Assembly (NCBI RefSeq): GCF_030144855.1
Contig: NC_082712.1
Coordinates: 13,330,001-13,394,000, forward strand
Length of the DNA: 64,000 bases
Direction of reading: 5' to 3'
Source: Hypanus sabinus
Lineage: Eukaryota
Below are positions 24,933 through 37,087 of the stretch, piece after piece. Under the pieces are notes generated by a model. That model saw only the letters and a program-made list of their open reading frames with translations, was not told the DNA's origin and did no database searches. Made by a program: the position numbers and the translations under genes. Each line of letters begins with the position of its first letter. The first letter of the stretch is position 1.

Positions 24933-25915
24933 CCCTAAGCGCTGGTGAAATATAGATGGGGAATTATGGAACCCCTGTGGTAGGGTAGTCCACGTACACT
25001 GCTGTCTCTGAAGGGCAAGTGCAAACTTGACCATGACCAAAACCCATTATTTATGTTTAAAACTGAACCATTGTGCTCTTTCATTCTGTTTGAACATTGT
25101 TTCTGGGTTAGTTGCTACAGTTGGGGCTGTTAACCGAGTCACTTTATTTACCTCTCGATAATCAACCTCCAACTACCATCTGGTTCCCTCACGGGCAATA
25201 TGGGTGAGCTATTTGTGGAGGTTACTGGCCTCAGTACCCCTTGTTGCACCAAACTCTGTATTCCCTTGCCTACATCTTCCTCTGCTTTTTTGGAAACTCA
25301 TTTTAGTTCGGTGCTTTGGGGTCTGGACCTTGGATGCACACTCTGCCGGCCATCTTTCCACAGTCATGCTTGTGTCTTGCAAATGCCCCCGAGTTCTGTG
25401 CAATAATTTACTGCACCATCTGATCATTGCTCATCTCCCCCGGTTTTATCCACATTTCGTCCATTGTGCAGATTCTATCCAATATTCTCCTGTATATTCT
25501 CCAGGATCTGTATGTGGTGTATGTTATTCATGACAGTTAGCATCTGCCAAATCATACAATTAACTGGATCAAAGCAAAGCCCCACTTTGGCCAAGTAATC
25601 AGTCCCCAGTATGTGTTCCTGCTCCCTGGGTAATTCCACCAGCACTGTTGAATGTTTCGATGCTATGTCTCCTATCCTTAATTCCAAAGTCACACTCACA
25701 CGTCCCACTGGTGGATGTCCGAGAATCCAATGAGGATAACTCTACCTTGTATCTCCCAATTTACGTTATTTACATTAGTGGTGTTGACGGTGGTTCGGGA
25801 TCCTCCAGTGTCCCATAAAAAGGTAACAGGGTGGCCTCCAACCCTACCAATCACTGGAGGTCTTCCGGTTTCATCCCACCTTGTCTCACACCCATGTTGG
25901 TGAGGCCTGACACCA
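24933..25915 (-). pseudogene. pol: ERV protease and RT, main copy
   Basis: VTFLWDTGGSRTT (WDTG at 25804-15), HILGTDYL, a frameshifted QQGVLRPVTSTNSSPILPV..PDGSWRL, and TWTTLPQGFHNSPSIFHQRL. Confidence 0.82.
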
Positions 25916-28560
25916 TCATTCAGGCTCAGGGTACAATTCCCTGGATGGTGCTGTCTCTACCATGTTATTTTGTGGGCTCCATCTTTCTGGCCCCTCCAAG
26001 TGCAAACTGCATTGCTCTGCTCTTTCTCATCTCAGGTTTGGACACTCTCTCTCCCACAGTTTCAGAGAGACAGACAGACAGACATACTTTATTGATCCCG
26101 AGGAAAATTGGGTTTCGTTACAGTCACACCAACCAAGAACAGTGAAGAAATATAGCAATATAAAACCATAAATAATGAAATAAAAATAAGTTAATTATGC
26201 CAAGTGGAAATAAGTCCAGCACCAGCCTATTGGCTCAGGGTGTCTGACACTCTGAGAGAGGAGGTGTAAAGTTTGATGGCCACAGGCAGGAATGACTTCC
26301 TATGACGCTCAGTGTTACATCTCGGTGGAATGAGTCTCTAGCTGAATGTACTCCTGTGCCTAACCAGTACATTATGGAGTGGATGGGAGTCATTGTCCAA
26401 GATGGCATGCAACTTGGATAGCATCCTCTTTTCAGACACTACCGTCAGAGAGTCCAGTTCCACCCCCACAACATCACTGGCCTTACGAATGAGTTTGTTG
26501 ATTCTGTTGGTGTCTTCTACCCACAGTCTGCTCTCTCAGCATACAACAGCAAACATGATAGCACTGGCCACCACAGACTCGTAGAACATCCTCAGCATCG
26601 TCCAGCAGATGTTAAAGGACCTCAGTCTCCTCAGGAAATAGAGACGGCTCTGACACTTCTTGTAGACAGTCTTAGTGTTCTTTGACCAGTCCTGTTTATT
26701 GTCCATTCGTATCCCCAGGTATTTGTAATCCTCCACTATGTCCACACTGTCCCCTTGAATGGAAACAGGGGTCACCGGTGCCTTAGCCCTCCTCAGGTCC
26801 ACCACCAGCTCCCTAGTCTTTTTCACATTAAGCTACAGATTATTCTGCTCACACCACATGACAAAGTTTCCCACTGTCGCCCTGTACTCAGCCTCATCTC
26901 CCTTGCTGAATCATCCAACTATGGCAGAGTCATCAGAAAACTTCTGAAGATGGCAAGACTCTGTGTTGTAGTTGAAGTCCAAGGTGTAGATGGTGAAGAG
27001 AAAGGGAGACAGGACAGTCCCTTGTGGAGCCCCAGTGCTGCTGACCACTCTGTCTGACACACAGTGTTGCAAGTACTGTGGTCTGCCAGTCAGGTAATCA
27101 ATAATCCATGACACCAGGGAAGCATCCACTTGCATCACTGTCAGCTTCTCACCCAGCAGAGCAGGGCGGATGGTGTTGAACAAACTGGAGAAGTCAAAAA
27201 ACATGACCCTCACAGTGCTCGCCGGCTTGTCCAGGTGGACGTAGACATGGTTCAGCACGTAGATGATGGCATCCTCAACTCCTAGTCGGAGCTGAGAGGC
27301 GAACTGGAGGGGGTCTAAGTAGGCCGGAGCTGCTCTGGAACAAGTCTCTCCATGATGTGGGAGGTCAATGCCACCGGTCTATAGTCATTGGAGCCACTGG
27401 GGTGCGGCATCTTCGGTACAGGAACTAGGCAGGACATCTTCCTCTGGAGACTCAGGCTCAGGTTGAAGACATGGTGAAGTACTCCACATAGCTGGGGGCA
27501 CAGGCTTTGAGAACCCTGGGGCTGAAACCATGCGGGCCTGCAGCCTTGCTTGGATGGAGACGATTCAGCTGTCTTCTCACCTGTTCAGCTGTGAAGCCCA
27601 CCATGGTGCTTTCAGGTGAGGGAGGGGTATAGTCATTAGAGCAGGGTGGGGGGCTGTGAGGAGGGGTAGGAGGGGTATAGCATTTGAATATTCCACCTTC
27701 AGTTCTCCCTGTTCCATTTCCAATGCCTTTCCTTGCCCCTTGATAGGGTGGCAGGGAAGCCTTCGAGGTGTGTCCCCCACCCTCATTTCTCTAGACAGGT
27801 GCCCGACTTTTAACAAGCATCACCTTCCCATTAGGGAGTTCAGATGGTCTCTGTATCTCCTTTTCCCTCGCTCTACACATTTTCCTCAGTGACTGTGCCT
27901 CAGTATGTGTGGGTTCAGAAGGATCAAACATTTCCAGTGCCTTTTTAGATTCAACGGTATATTGAGACGCCAGTATCCACAACCATCTAAATGGCCGCAC
28001 TCTACTGCTGTTCCTACACTCCTTGGAACACAGTCCATAAATGGGAAGCAAATGCAGTGGGATGTTCCCCTCTTCTCCGGTAAAATCTGTCCAGTGCGTT
28101 GACTGGGTCCCCTCTGTTAACACCCTTAGCAGTCAATATTGCGTTCTTCTGTTCCCCACCATCTCACTGTAGATCCGGCAAAGCCGAGTGCATATTTGGA
28201 TGGGACACATTATAATCAATCTCCTTTCCTTGAAGTTCTCTCTGATGGCTAATTGCTTAGAAAAGATCTTGAGTATCGTCTCTGAGCACACGTGTCCTGA
28301 TATCCTCAGCAATATCTTTAAGTTGCTGTACACTGAACAGTGTGGTGTATGTTACAGTCTGAGTTTGATTTGCTGTCCTGCTCCCTCCTCTCTGATAGTA
28401 ACGAGGGGTGCCAATCGTGCAGACAGTAGCACCGGCTCCCGTTGGGAGGGTGTCGGTGGGAGTTCCTTGGGAAATGTTGTTTTGTAATTATCGTAACTGT
28501 ACCCAGTAGCTTCTCCAGCTAAATCATGCCAATCACTATGTCCATATTCATGTTCCCCCC
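25916..28560 (-). pseudogene. gag: ERV gag, main copy, split by a Rex1 insertion in the zinc knuckle
   Basis: ORFs 27791-28123 and 28133-28487 mirror the gag ORFs at 20198-20968; TGA at 25916-18. Confidence 0.75.
26066..27675 (-). mobile_element. Rex1/Babar LINE, 5'-truncated, inserted in gag
   Basis: VRVMFFDFSSLFNTI, GAPQGTVLSPFLF, LQKFSDD, KTRELVVDLR, YKYLG; (GTCT)n tail near 26070. Confidence 0.88.
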
Positions 28561-28564
28561 GTTG

Positions 28565-28915
28565 GGACTGGGTTTGCTCTGAGGTGAGATCAGAGGGAGA
28601 CTGGCTTTGTTTTCTGGAGTGACTGAGGTGTGATCGGAGAGTTAGGTTGTACTGATGAGAGACTGTGGAGAGATCACAGAGACTGGGTTTGTTCTGAATG
28701 AAGATCGGACAGACTGGGTTTGGTCTGAGGAGAGATCGGACAGACTGTGTTTGGTCTGAGGGGAGATCAGACAGACTGGGTTTGGTCTGAGGGAGATCGG
28801 ACAGATAGGGTTTGGTCTGAGGGGAGATCAGACGGACTGGGTTTGGTCTGAGGGAGATCGGACAGACTGGGGTTGGTCTGAGGGAGATCGGACAGACTGG
28901 GTTTGGTCTGAGGGG
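28565..28915 (-). repeat. 30/31-bp minisatellite, short copy (about 7 regular units plus degenerate units)
   Basis: Units of gactgggtttggtctgagg(g)gagatcggaca. Confidence 0.9.
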
Positions 28916-29334
28916 AGATAATGATAATGACCAATTCGTTTCACAGCTGAAAAGACTGAACTTGCCTTTTGGGGATGTGGTAAATGAGGAAGTAGCTGGA
29001 AATATCTCCTCTTTTATAGTGGTAGGAAGAACAACACAGAACTATCAGTGACTTGGGCAGGATTATGCTACAGATTCGCTTTAACTGTCAGATATTCATC
29101 GAAATAAAGAGTTTCTTGTGTCACAGACAGAGATATACCACATCGAGCCGAGATGCACCCAGACAGGGTGCTGTCTATGGTGTTTGATAACTCTGGCCTT
29201 GTACTCACTGCAGTTTAGAAGAACGTTGGTGGGGTGCAGGGAATCTCATTGAAACCTATGCAATACTGAGAGGCTTGGATAGATTTGACATGGAGAGGGT
29301 GTTTCTGATTGTGGGGAATTCTTGATGATTGAGC

Positions 29335-29759
29335 TGTGAACAATAACTTTATTAACAGACTGTAAAATAACAAGCCACGGGGGTGGGGGCACAAAACGAG
29401 TGAGACTGAAACTGAACACAACAGGCAACAAGGTCAACTTTAGGCAGGTAGATTGAGGACTGGGAGCAACTATTTGAGGTCAGCTCGTTCGATGAGTGAA
29501 CAAGGAGTGTGGAAGGGAGCTGGGTTGAAATAGGCTGCCGGTGACGATTCTGGAACGATCGGCAGGTGAATCCTATTGGCTGGGTAGAGATGCGAAGTGC
29601 CTGAATGTGCAGGCTGGGGTTGTCAATGTGAGTGAGCCTGATACTTTGATCTGCCCTAAACTTGTTGGTCACCCAGAGAAACGAGATGTTCAGTACCTCA
29701 GTTGGAGGGCTGTCCGGTGGGGAAGCCCCTTGAACAGCCTCGAGGCCACTTACATGACA
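29335..29759 (-). mobile_element. Solo-LTR-like sequence
   Basis: TG...CA ends and AATAAA near the minus-strand 3' end; no TSD found. Confidence 0.35.
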
Positions 29760-30064
29760 GTGGTGGTATAATTGCTAAAGATTGGTGAACACTAATTAAT
29801 GACCTGAATATAAAGATTTTGTAGCTTCCTTGTTTGTATATATTTTTAATACGTATGAGGGATCTCAAAAGGGTTTTGAAAACCACCTATATGTCTACAT
29901 GTGTGTGGGGTGTTTCTAATGATTATGTTAACCTGTTGATCTTCTTTGCAATTCAGGGCATTGCAAGAGGGGAGATCAACAGATCGATGTTTCAACCTTA
30001 CAATTTGAAACGATGCTTATTCAAGCTCACCCAATTCAAGAACCACCAGACCCTCTGCCCACCT

Positions 30065-30068
<4 letters not shown>

Positions 30069-30126
<58 letters not shown>
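30069..30126. repeat. (GA)n microsatellite
   Basis: About 29 AG units. Confidence 0.98.
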
Positions 30127-30129
<3 letters not shown>

Positions 30130-30544
30130 AAGGGAGAGAAAGAGAGTGTAGTGCAAAGGCCTTCACCAGCCACACCCCCTGACTCAATGTTTCAATCTTT
30201 TGCAACGGTTCAGTTGGTGACACTGCCAAGAAACCCAGTCCACAGGAGCTGTGCAAGACCACAGCCCAAAGATACATGTCTTTCAGGCCACTCCTGGAGA
30301 TATCAAAAATGGGCAGTCAGCAAGCTCTGGGAGCTGGAACCCACTGCCGTGAAGAACTGCAGTTTGAGTGCAGTCGGAGATCATGGACTCCGACAGGACT
30401 CCTTCACCCTTGAAAAGGGAAAAAAGAGACTGGAATTTGAGCTCTTTTGCAGACAAGCTCAAAGAAGTCATTCTCTGGCACCATCTAAGTTCCTCTTTCT
30501 GGTTGTCACTATTGTAACCAATATTGTAACATGAACGTGTGATC

Positions 30545-31160
30545 TCTGGTGTGACTAACTTCTGTAATTCACAGTGGAGAGTATGTGGACTGGTCACATC
30601 ATGACCTGGTATGGAAACCCCAATGCCCAAGAACCAAAAATCCTACAAAGAGAGCTGGGTACAGCCCCGTCCATCACAGGAGGTGCCCTCCCCACCATTG
30701 AACACATCTACAAGGAGCGCTGCCACAAGAAAGCAGCTTCCATCATCAAGGACCCCCAACATCCAGACCATGCTCACCTCTCACTGCTGCCATCAGGCAA
30801 GAGGTACAGGAGCCTGAGGACCCACACCACCAGGTTCAGGGACAGTTATGACCTCTCAACGATCAGGCTCCTGAACCAGAGTGGAATGCTTCACTCACCT
30901 CAACTTTGAACTGATTCGACAACTATAGACTCACTTTCAAGGAATCTGTAACTCATGTTCTCAGTATTACTTAACTCATTTTTTTGCCCAGTTTGTCTTT
31001 TTTTGCATATTGGTTGTATGTGTCTTTGTTTGTGTGTAGTTTTTCATTGATTCTATTGATTTCTTTGTTCTACTGTAAATGCCTGGAAGAAAATGAATCT
31101 CAGGGTAGCGTCTGGCCACATATTCGTACTTCGACAATAAATTCACTTTGAACTTTGAAC
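30545..31160 (+). mobile_element. Rex1 3' end with UTR and (TGAACT)n tail
   Basis: KKAASIIKDP.HP.HA.LSLLPSGKRYRSLRTHTTRFRDS; aataaattcactttgaactttgaac. Confidence 0.8.
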
Positions 31161-31589
31161 CTCTAAGGAAGAGATCGATCAGTTAGGACGTGAAAGGACC
31201 TGTTGACAAAGTTAATGAGCAAATGAGTTGTCTGGCTTGTGACTTGCAAATAACAAAAATACCAATAAAAACCAGGCCGATTACAAATAATCAGAAGGGA
31301 ACTGAAAATCAGAAGAGAGACAGTAAGAGTTTACAGTATTCTTACTCTTCACAGACATCCATGAAAAAAACAGAAGAAGGAAATTTTGTAAAATGTTTGC
31401 CCCCAAAGCCCCCCACCCCCTCTACTCCAAAGCAGCCACAAAACATCAACCCTTCCCCCTGTCACTTGTTCCAACAGGAAGGAGCAGCCCTCAACAGTGA
31501 ACAATTAACCTACTAAATGTGTGTCTTTAGAGTGTGGGAGGAAACTGGAGGAAACCCCCGCGGTCACGAGGCCAACGCAGAGTGGGAAG

Positions 31590-33684
31590 CGTTGCTCTGT
31601 TGTAAAAAGTGAAACAAAATCATTAGAAAGAGGTGACAGAGGGTCGGAAGGTGTTGAATCATTGTGGATAGAACTAAGGAACTGCAAGGTTCAAAACGGC
31701 CTGATGGCAGTTGTATACAGACGCCCAAACAAAGGTAAGGACATGGCCTACAAATTACACTGGGAGTTAGAAAATGAATGCCAAAAGGGCAATGTTACAA
31801 TAGTTATGAGGGAGTTTAATATGCTAATAGAGTGAGAAAATCAGGTTGGTGCTGGATTCCAGGAGGAGGGATTTCCAGGGTGCCTACGAGATGGCTTTTT
31901 ACATCAGCTTGTCGCTGAGCCCACCAGAGGATCATCTATTCTGGATTAGGTATTGTGCAATGAACCAGAATTGATTGAGAGCTTAAGGTAGAAGAACCCT
32001 AAGGTACAAGTGATCATAATATAATCAAATTCACCCTGAAATTTGAGAAGAAGAGGTGGAAGCCAGATGTATCAGTATTCCAGTGGAGCAAAGGGGATTA
32101 CAGAGGCATGAGTAAGGAGATGGTCAGATTTGATCGGAAGGAGCTTAAGAAGGAAATTAGGAGAGCCAGAAGGGGCCATCAGAAGGCCTTAGTGGGAAGG
32201 ATTAAGGAAAACCCCAAGGCATTCTACAAGTATGTGGAGAGCAAGAGGATAAGACGTGAAAGAAAAGGACCTATCAAGTGTGACAGTGGGGAATTGTGTA
32301 TGGATCCAGAGGAAATAGCAGAAATACTTAATGAATACTTCAGTGTTTACTATGGAAAAGGATCTTAGTGATTGTAGTGATGACATGCAGCAGACTGAAA
32401 TGCTTGAGCATGTAGATATTAAGAAAGAGGATGTGCTGGAGCTTTTGGAAAGCATCAAGTTGGATAAGTCGCTGCGACCAGACAAAATGTACCCCAGGCT
32501 ACTGTGGGAGGCAAGGGAGGTGATTGCTGAGCCTCTGGCAATGATCTTTCAATCATAAATGAGGATGGGAGAGCTTCTAGAGGATTGGAGGGTTGCAGAT
32601 GTAGTTCCTTTATTCAAGAAAGCGAGCAGAGATACCACAGGAAATTATAGACCAGTGAGTCTTGGATCAGTGGTTGGTAAGCTGATGGAGAAGATCCTGA
32701 GAGGCAGTATTTATGAACATTTTTATAAGTGACCTGGATGAGGAAGTGGAGGGGAGGGTTAGTAAATTTGCTGATGACTCAAAGGTTGGGGGTGTTGTGG
32801 ATAGTATGGAGGGCTGTCAGATGTTACAGTGGGACATTGATAGGATGCAAAACTGGGCTGAAAATGGCAGATGGAGTTCAACCCAGATAAGTGTGAGGTG
32901 GTTCATTTTGGTAGGTCAAACATGATTGCAGAATTTAGTATTAATGGTAAGACTCTTGGCAGTGTGGAGGATCAGAGGGATCTTGGGGTCCGAGTCCATA
33001 GGAAGCTCAAAGCAGCTGCGCAGGCCGACTCTGTTGTTAAGAAGGCGTATGGTGTATTGGCCTTCATCAGTCATGGAAGTGAATTTAGGAGCCGAGAGGT
33101 AATTTTGCAGCTATATAGGACCCTGGTCAGACCCCACTTGGAGTACTGTGCTCAGTTCTGGCCGCCTCACTACAGGAAGGATGTGGGTACCATAGAAATG
33201 CTGCAGAGGAGATTTACAAGATTCTTACCTGGATTGGGGAGCATGCCTTATGAGAATAGGTTGAGTGAACTCAGCCTTTTCTCCTTGGAGCAACGGAGGA
33301 TGAGAGGTGACCTGATAGAGGTGTACAAGATGATGAGAAGCATTGATCGTGTGTGTGGGTAGTTAGAGGCTGTTTCCCAGGGCTGAAATGGTCGCCACAA
33401 GAGGACACAGGTTTAAGGTGCTGGGGAGTAGGTACCACGGAGATGTCAGGGGTAAGTTTTTTGCTCAGAGAGTGGTGAGTGTGTGGAATGGGCTGCCAGC
33501 AACTGTGGTGGAGGCTGATATGATAGGGTATTTGAAGAGGCTTTTAGATAGGTACAAGGAGCTTAGTAAAATAGAGGGCTATAGGTAAGCCTAGTAATTT
33601 CTAAGGTAGGGATATGTTCGGCACAACTTTGTGGGCTGAAGGGCCTGTATTGTGCTGTAGGTTTTCTATGTTTCTATGTTTCTA
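31590..33684 (+). mobile_element. CR1 ORF2 (EN plus RT, deleted and frameshifted) with 3' tail
   Basis: ESLWIELRN, NPKAFYKYV, SKFADDSKVGG, LVRPHLEYCAQFW; (TTTCTATG)n tail. Confidence 0.88.
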
Positions 33685-33699
33685 CAATTAGAAAATAAG

Positions 33700-35600
33700 A
33701 CCATAAGACATTGGAACAGAATTAGGCCATTCTGCCCATTGCGTCTGCTCCATCATTCAATCATGGTTGATACTTCTTGTTCCCTCTTCAGCACTTCTAC
33801 CCAGCCTTCTCCCAGTAATCTTTCATGTCATGGTGAATGAAGAACCCACCAATCACCGTCTTAAATACATCCAACATCCTGGTCAGCACAGCTACCTGTG
33901 GTTATAAATAACACAAATTCATGATCCTCTGGCTGAAGAAATTTCTCTGCACATCTGCTTTAGATGGACACACATCTATCCTGAGGATGTGCCCTCTTGT
34001 CCTAGACTCCCCCACCATGGGAAACATCCTTTCCACATCTACTCTGTCTAGGGCTTTCAACATACTAAAGGTTTCGGTGAGATTCCCCTCATCCTTTTTA
34101 AATTCCAGCGAATACAAGCCCAGAGTCATCAAATGTTCCTCATATGATAACCACTTCATTCCAAGAATCATCCTTGTGAACCTCCTCTGAAGAGTCCCCA
34201 ATGCCTGCACATCTTTTCTTAGATAGGGAGCCCAGAGCTATTCATAATACTCAAGGAGAGGCCTCACCAGTGCCTTATAAAGCCTCAGCATCACATCCCT
34301 GCTCTTGTATTTTAGACCTTTTGAAATGAATGCTAACATTGCATTTGCCTTCCTCACCACTGTCTCTACCTGCAGGTTAACCTTTAGGGTGTTCTGCACA
34401 ATGACTCCCAAGTCTCTTTGCATCTCAGATTTTTGAATTTTCTCCCTGTTTAGAAAATAGTCTGCACATTTATTTCTTTTACCATGCCCATACATTTACC
34501 AACATTGTATTTCATTTGCCAATTTCTTGCCAGTTTTCCTAACCTGTCTAAATCCTTCTGCAGCCTTCCTGTTTCCTCAGCACTATCTGTCCCTACACCA
34601 ATCTTCATATCATCTGCAAATTTAGCAACACAGCCACTATTCCATCATCTAAATCATTTATATACAGCATAAAAGGAAGCAGTCCCAAATCCAACCCCTG
34701 TGGAACACCACTAGTCACTGGTAGCCAACAAATAAAGAATCTTTAATTTCCACTCTCTTCCTCCTACCAATCAGCCAATGCCCTAAACATGTCAATAGCT
34801 TCCCTGTAATACCATGGCTCTTAACTTGGTAAGCAGTCTCACGTGTGACACCTTGTCAAAGGCCTTCTGAAAATCCAAATATACAATATCTACTGCATCC
34901 ACTTTATCTATCCTACATCTAATCTCCTCAAAGAATTCCAAAAGGTTTGTCAGGCAAGATTTTCCCTGAAGGAAACCATGCTGACTTTGTCCTATCTTGT
35001 CCTGTGTCACCAAGTACTGCATAAGCTCATCCTTAACAATTGACTCCAACATCTTCCCAACCACTGAGGTGACGATAAATTGTCTATTGTTTCCTTTCTG
35101 CTGACTCCCTCCTTTCTTAAAGAGTGGAGTGACATTTGCAATTTTACAGTCTTCCAGAACCATGCCAGAAATATCATTACAAATGCCTCTGCAATCTTTA
35201 CCATTACCTTTCAGAACCCTTGAGTGCAGTTCATCTGGTCCACGTGACATATGTATCTTTAGGTCTCTCAGCTTTTTGAGCATCTTCTCCCTGATAATAG
35301 TAATTGCACTCGCTTCTCTTCCCTCACACTATCCAACACCTGGCTCAATGCTAGTGTCTTCCAAAATACTCATTTAGTTCACCTGCCATCTCCTTACTAT
35401 CTCTCTGGCCTCATTTTCTAGTGGTCCTGTATCTACTCTCATCTCTCTCTTATGTTTTGTGTACTTGAAAACAGCTTTTTCTATCCACCTTGATACTGTT
35501 TGCTAGCTTGCTTTATATTTCATCTTTAACCCCTGATGACTTTTTTAGGTATTTAAAAGCTTCCCAATCCTCTATCTTCCTGCTCATTTTTGCTTTCTTG
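33700..35600 (-). mobile_element. CR1 ORF2 3' half
   Basis: ANVTPLFKKG, QHGFLQGKSCLTNLLEFFE, YLDFQKAFDKV, LYKALVRP. Confidence 0.88.
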
Positions 35601-35809
35601 TATAAGGTAACACTTAATTTATCCCAAAGGAAATTATTGTTGCAAGGTTGCTCAGTCAGAAATATAATCTTAAAATACAAAATGTAAGCATTGGGATATT
35701 AAAAAATACAAAATGTGCATTAAAAATTAACAGCGGAAAATACAGATGAACAATGCAGCCAGATACTAATATAGTTAAGGAGCTGGATTTGTAGAGACTT
35801 AGAGCCAGA

Positions 35810-36410
35810 GGGAGAAAGGATCTCCTGTGGCATTCAGTGATTCACCTCGGTGGAATCACTCTGTTACTAAAGGACCTCCTTTCTTTGTCCCATATGTCAT
35901 GGAGGGGTGAGAGGGATTGTCCATAATGCTCCGTAGCTTCAGCATAATCCTCCTCTCAGACAGCCACCAGGGGATCCAGTTCCACACACAGAACAGAACC
36001 AGCCTTCCTAGCAAGCTTATCGATCTTCTAAGCATCAGCTGCTCTCACCCTGCTGCCCCAGCGACCACAATGCAGAGTAGAATGCTGGCCACCACTGAGT
36101 TGTAGAAGATCTGCAGCAGAGGACTGTAGACGTTGAATGACTGGAGCCTCCTGGGGAAGTATAGTCGGCTCTGTCCCTTCTTGTACTGAGCTACTGTAGT
36201 TTTAGTCCAGTCCAGTTTATTGTCCATGTGAGTTCGCAGGAATCTGTAGTCTTGGACGACCTCCACACCTGTTCCCCTGATGGAGATGGGGATGCAGGGT
36301 GCTTTCGCCTTCCTGAACTCCACCACCAACTCCTTTGTCTTGGTGATGTTGAGCCCACACCACTCAACAAAGTTGTCCACCACTCCTCTGTACTCAGCCT
36401 CTTGCCCTCT
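35810..36410 (-). mobile_element. Rex1 RT 3' fragment
   Basis: LNITKTKELVVEFRK, KKGQSRLYF.RRL.SF. Confidence 0.8.
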
Positions 36411-36414
36411 CTTT

Positions 36415-37085
36415 TGCTTTTACATTCGCTTTGACTTCCCTTGTCAACCACAATTGTATATTTTGCCATTTGAGATTTGCTTTGTTTTTGGAATGCATCT
36501 ACCCTGCACCTTCCTCACTTTGCACTGAAACTCATGTCATTGTTGCTCTGCTGTCATCCCTGCCAGCTTCTCCTTCCAATTTACTTTGGCTAACTTCTCT
36601 CTCATACCACAATAATTTCCTTTACACCACTGAAATACTGCTACATCAGACTTTACTTTCTCCCTCTCAGATTTCAAGATGAACTCTCAATCATATTGTG
36701 ATCACTGTTTCCTCAGGGTTCTTTTACCTTAAGCTCCCTAATCACCTCCAGTTCATTAAATAACACCCAATCCAGTAGAGCTGATTCTCTAGTCAGCTCA
36801 ATGACAAACTGCTCTAAAAAGCCATCACTCAGGTATTCAACAAACTCACTCTCTTGAGATCCATTACCAAACTGATTTTCCCGATTGACCTGCATGTTAA
36901 AATCTCCCATGACTATCATAAAATGGCCTTTTGACATGCTTTTTCTTTTTTCTTTTGTAATCTGTATTCCAAATTCCAACTACTGTTTGGAGGCCTGTAT
37001 TTAACTGCCATCAGGGTCCTTTTACCTTTGCAGTTTCATAACTAAACCCACAAGGACTCAACATCTTCTGAACCAATGTCACATC
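36415..37085 (-). mobile_element. CR1 endonuclease fragment
   Basis: IVMGDFN, FLEQFVIELTRESALLD. Confidence 0.75.
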
Positions 37086-37087
37086 TT

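Noticed and set aside
13390-28560. Classifying the ERV as a foamy virus
   Set aside because: The W-D-x-G protease, RT motif and post-env region are spuma-like, but the Gag Cys-His knuckle, short Env signal and RSV-like fusion peptide argue against it. Not excluded without a tree.
29335-29759. 5' LTR of the provirus
   Set aside because: No TGG-starting PBS follows it on the minus strand, there is no matching copy 3' of env, and unrelated CR1/Rex1 pieces lie between it and gag.
30013-30534. 173-aa ORF with an Arg-Glu repeat
   Set aside because: The repeat is a (GA)n microsatellite; there are no splice signals or domain motifs.
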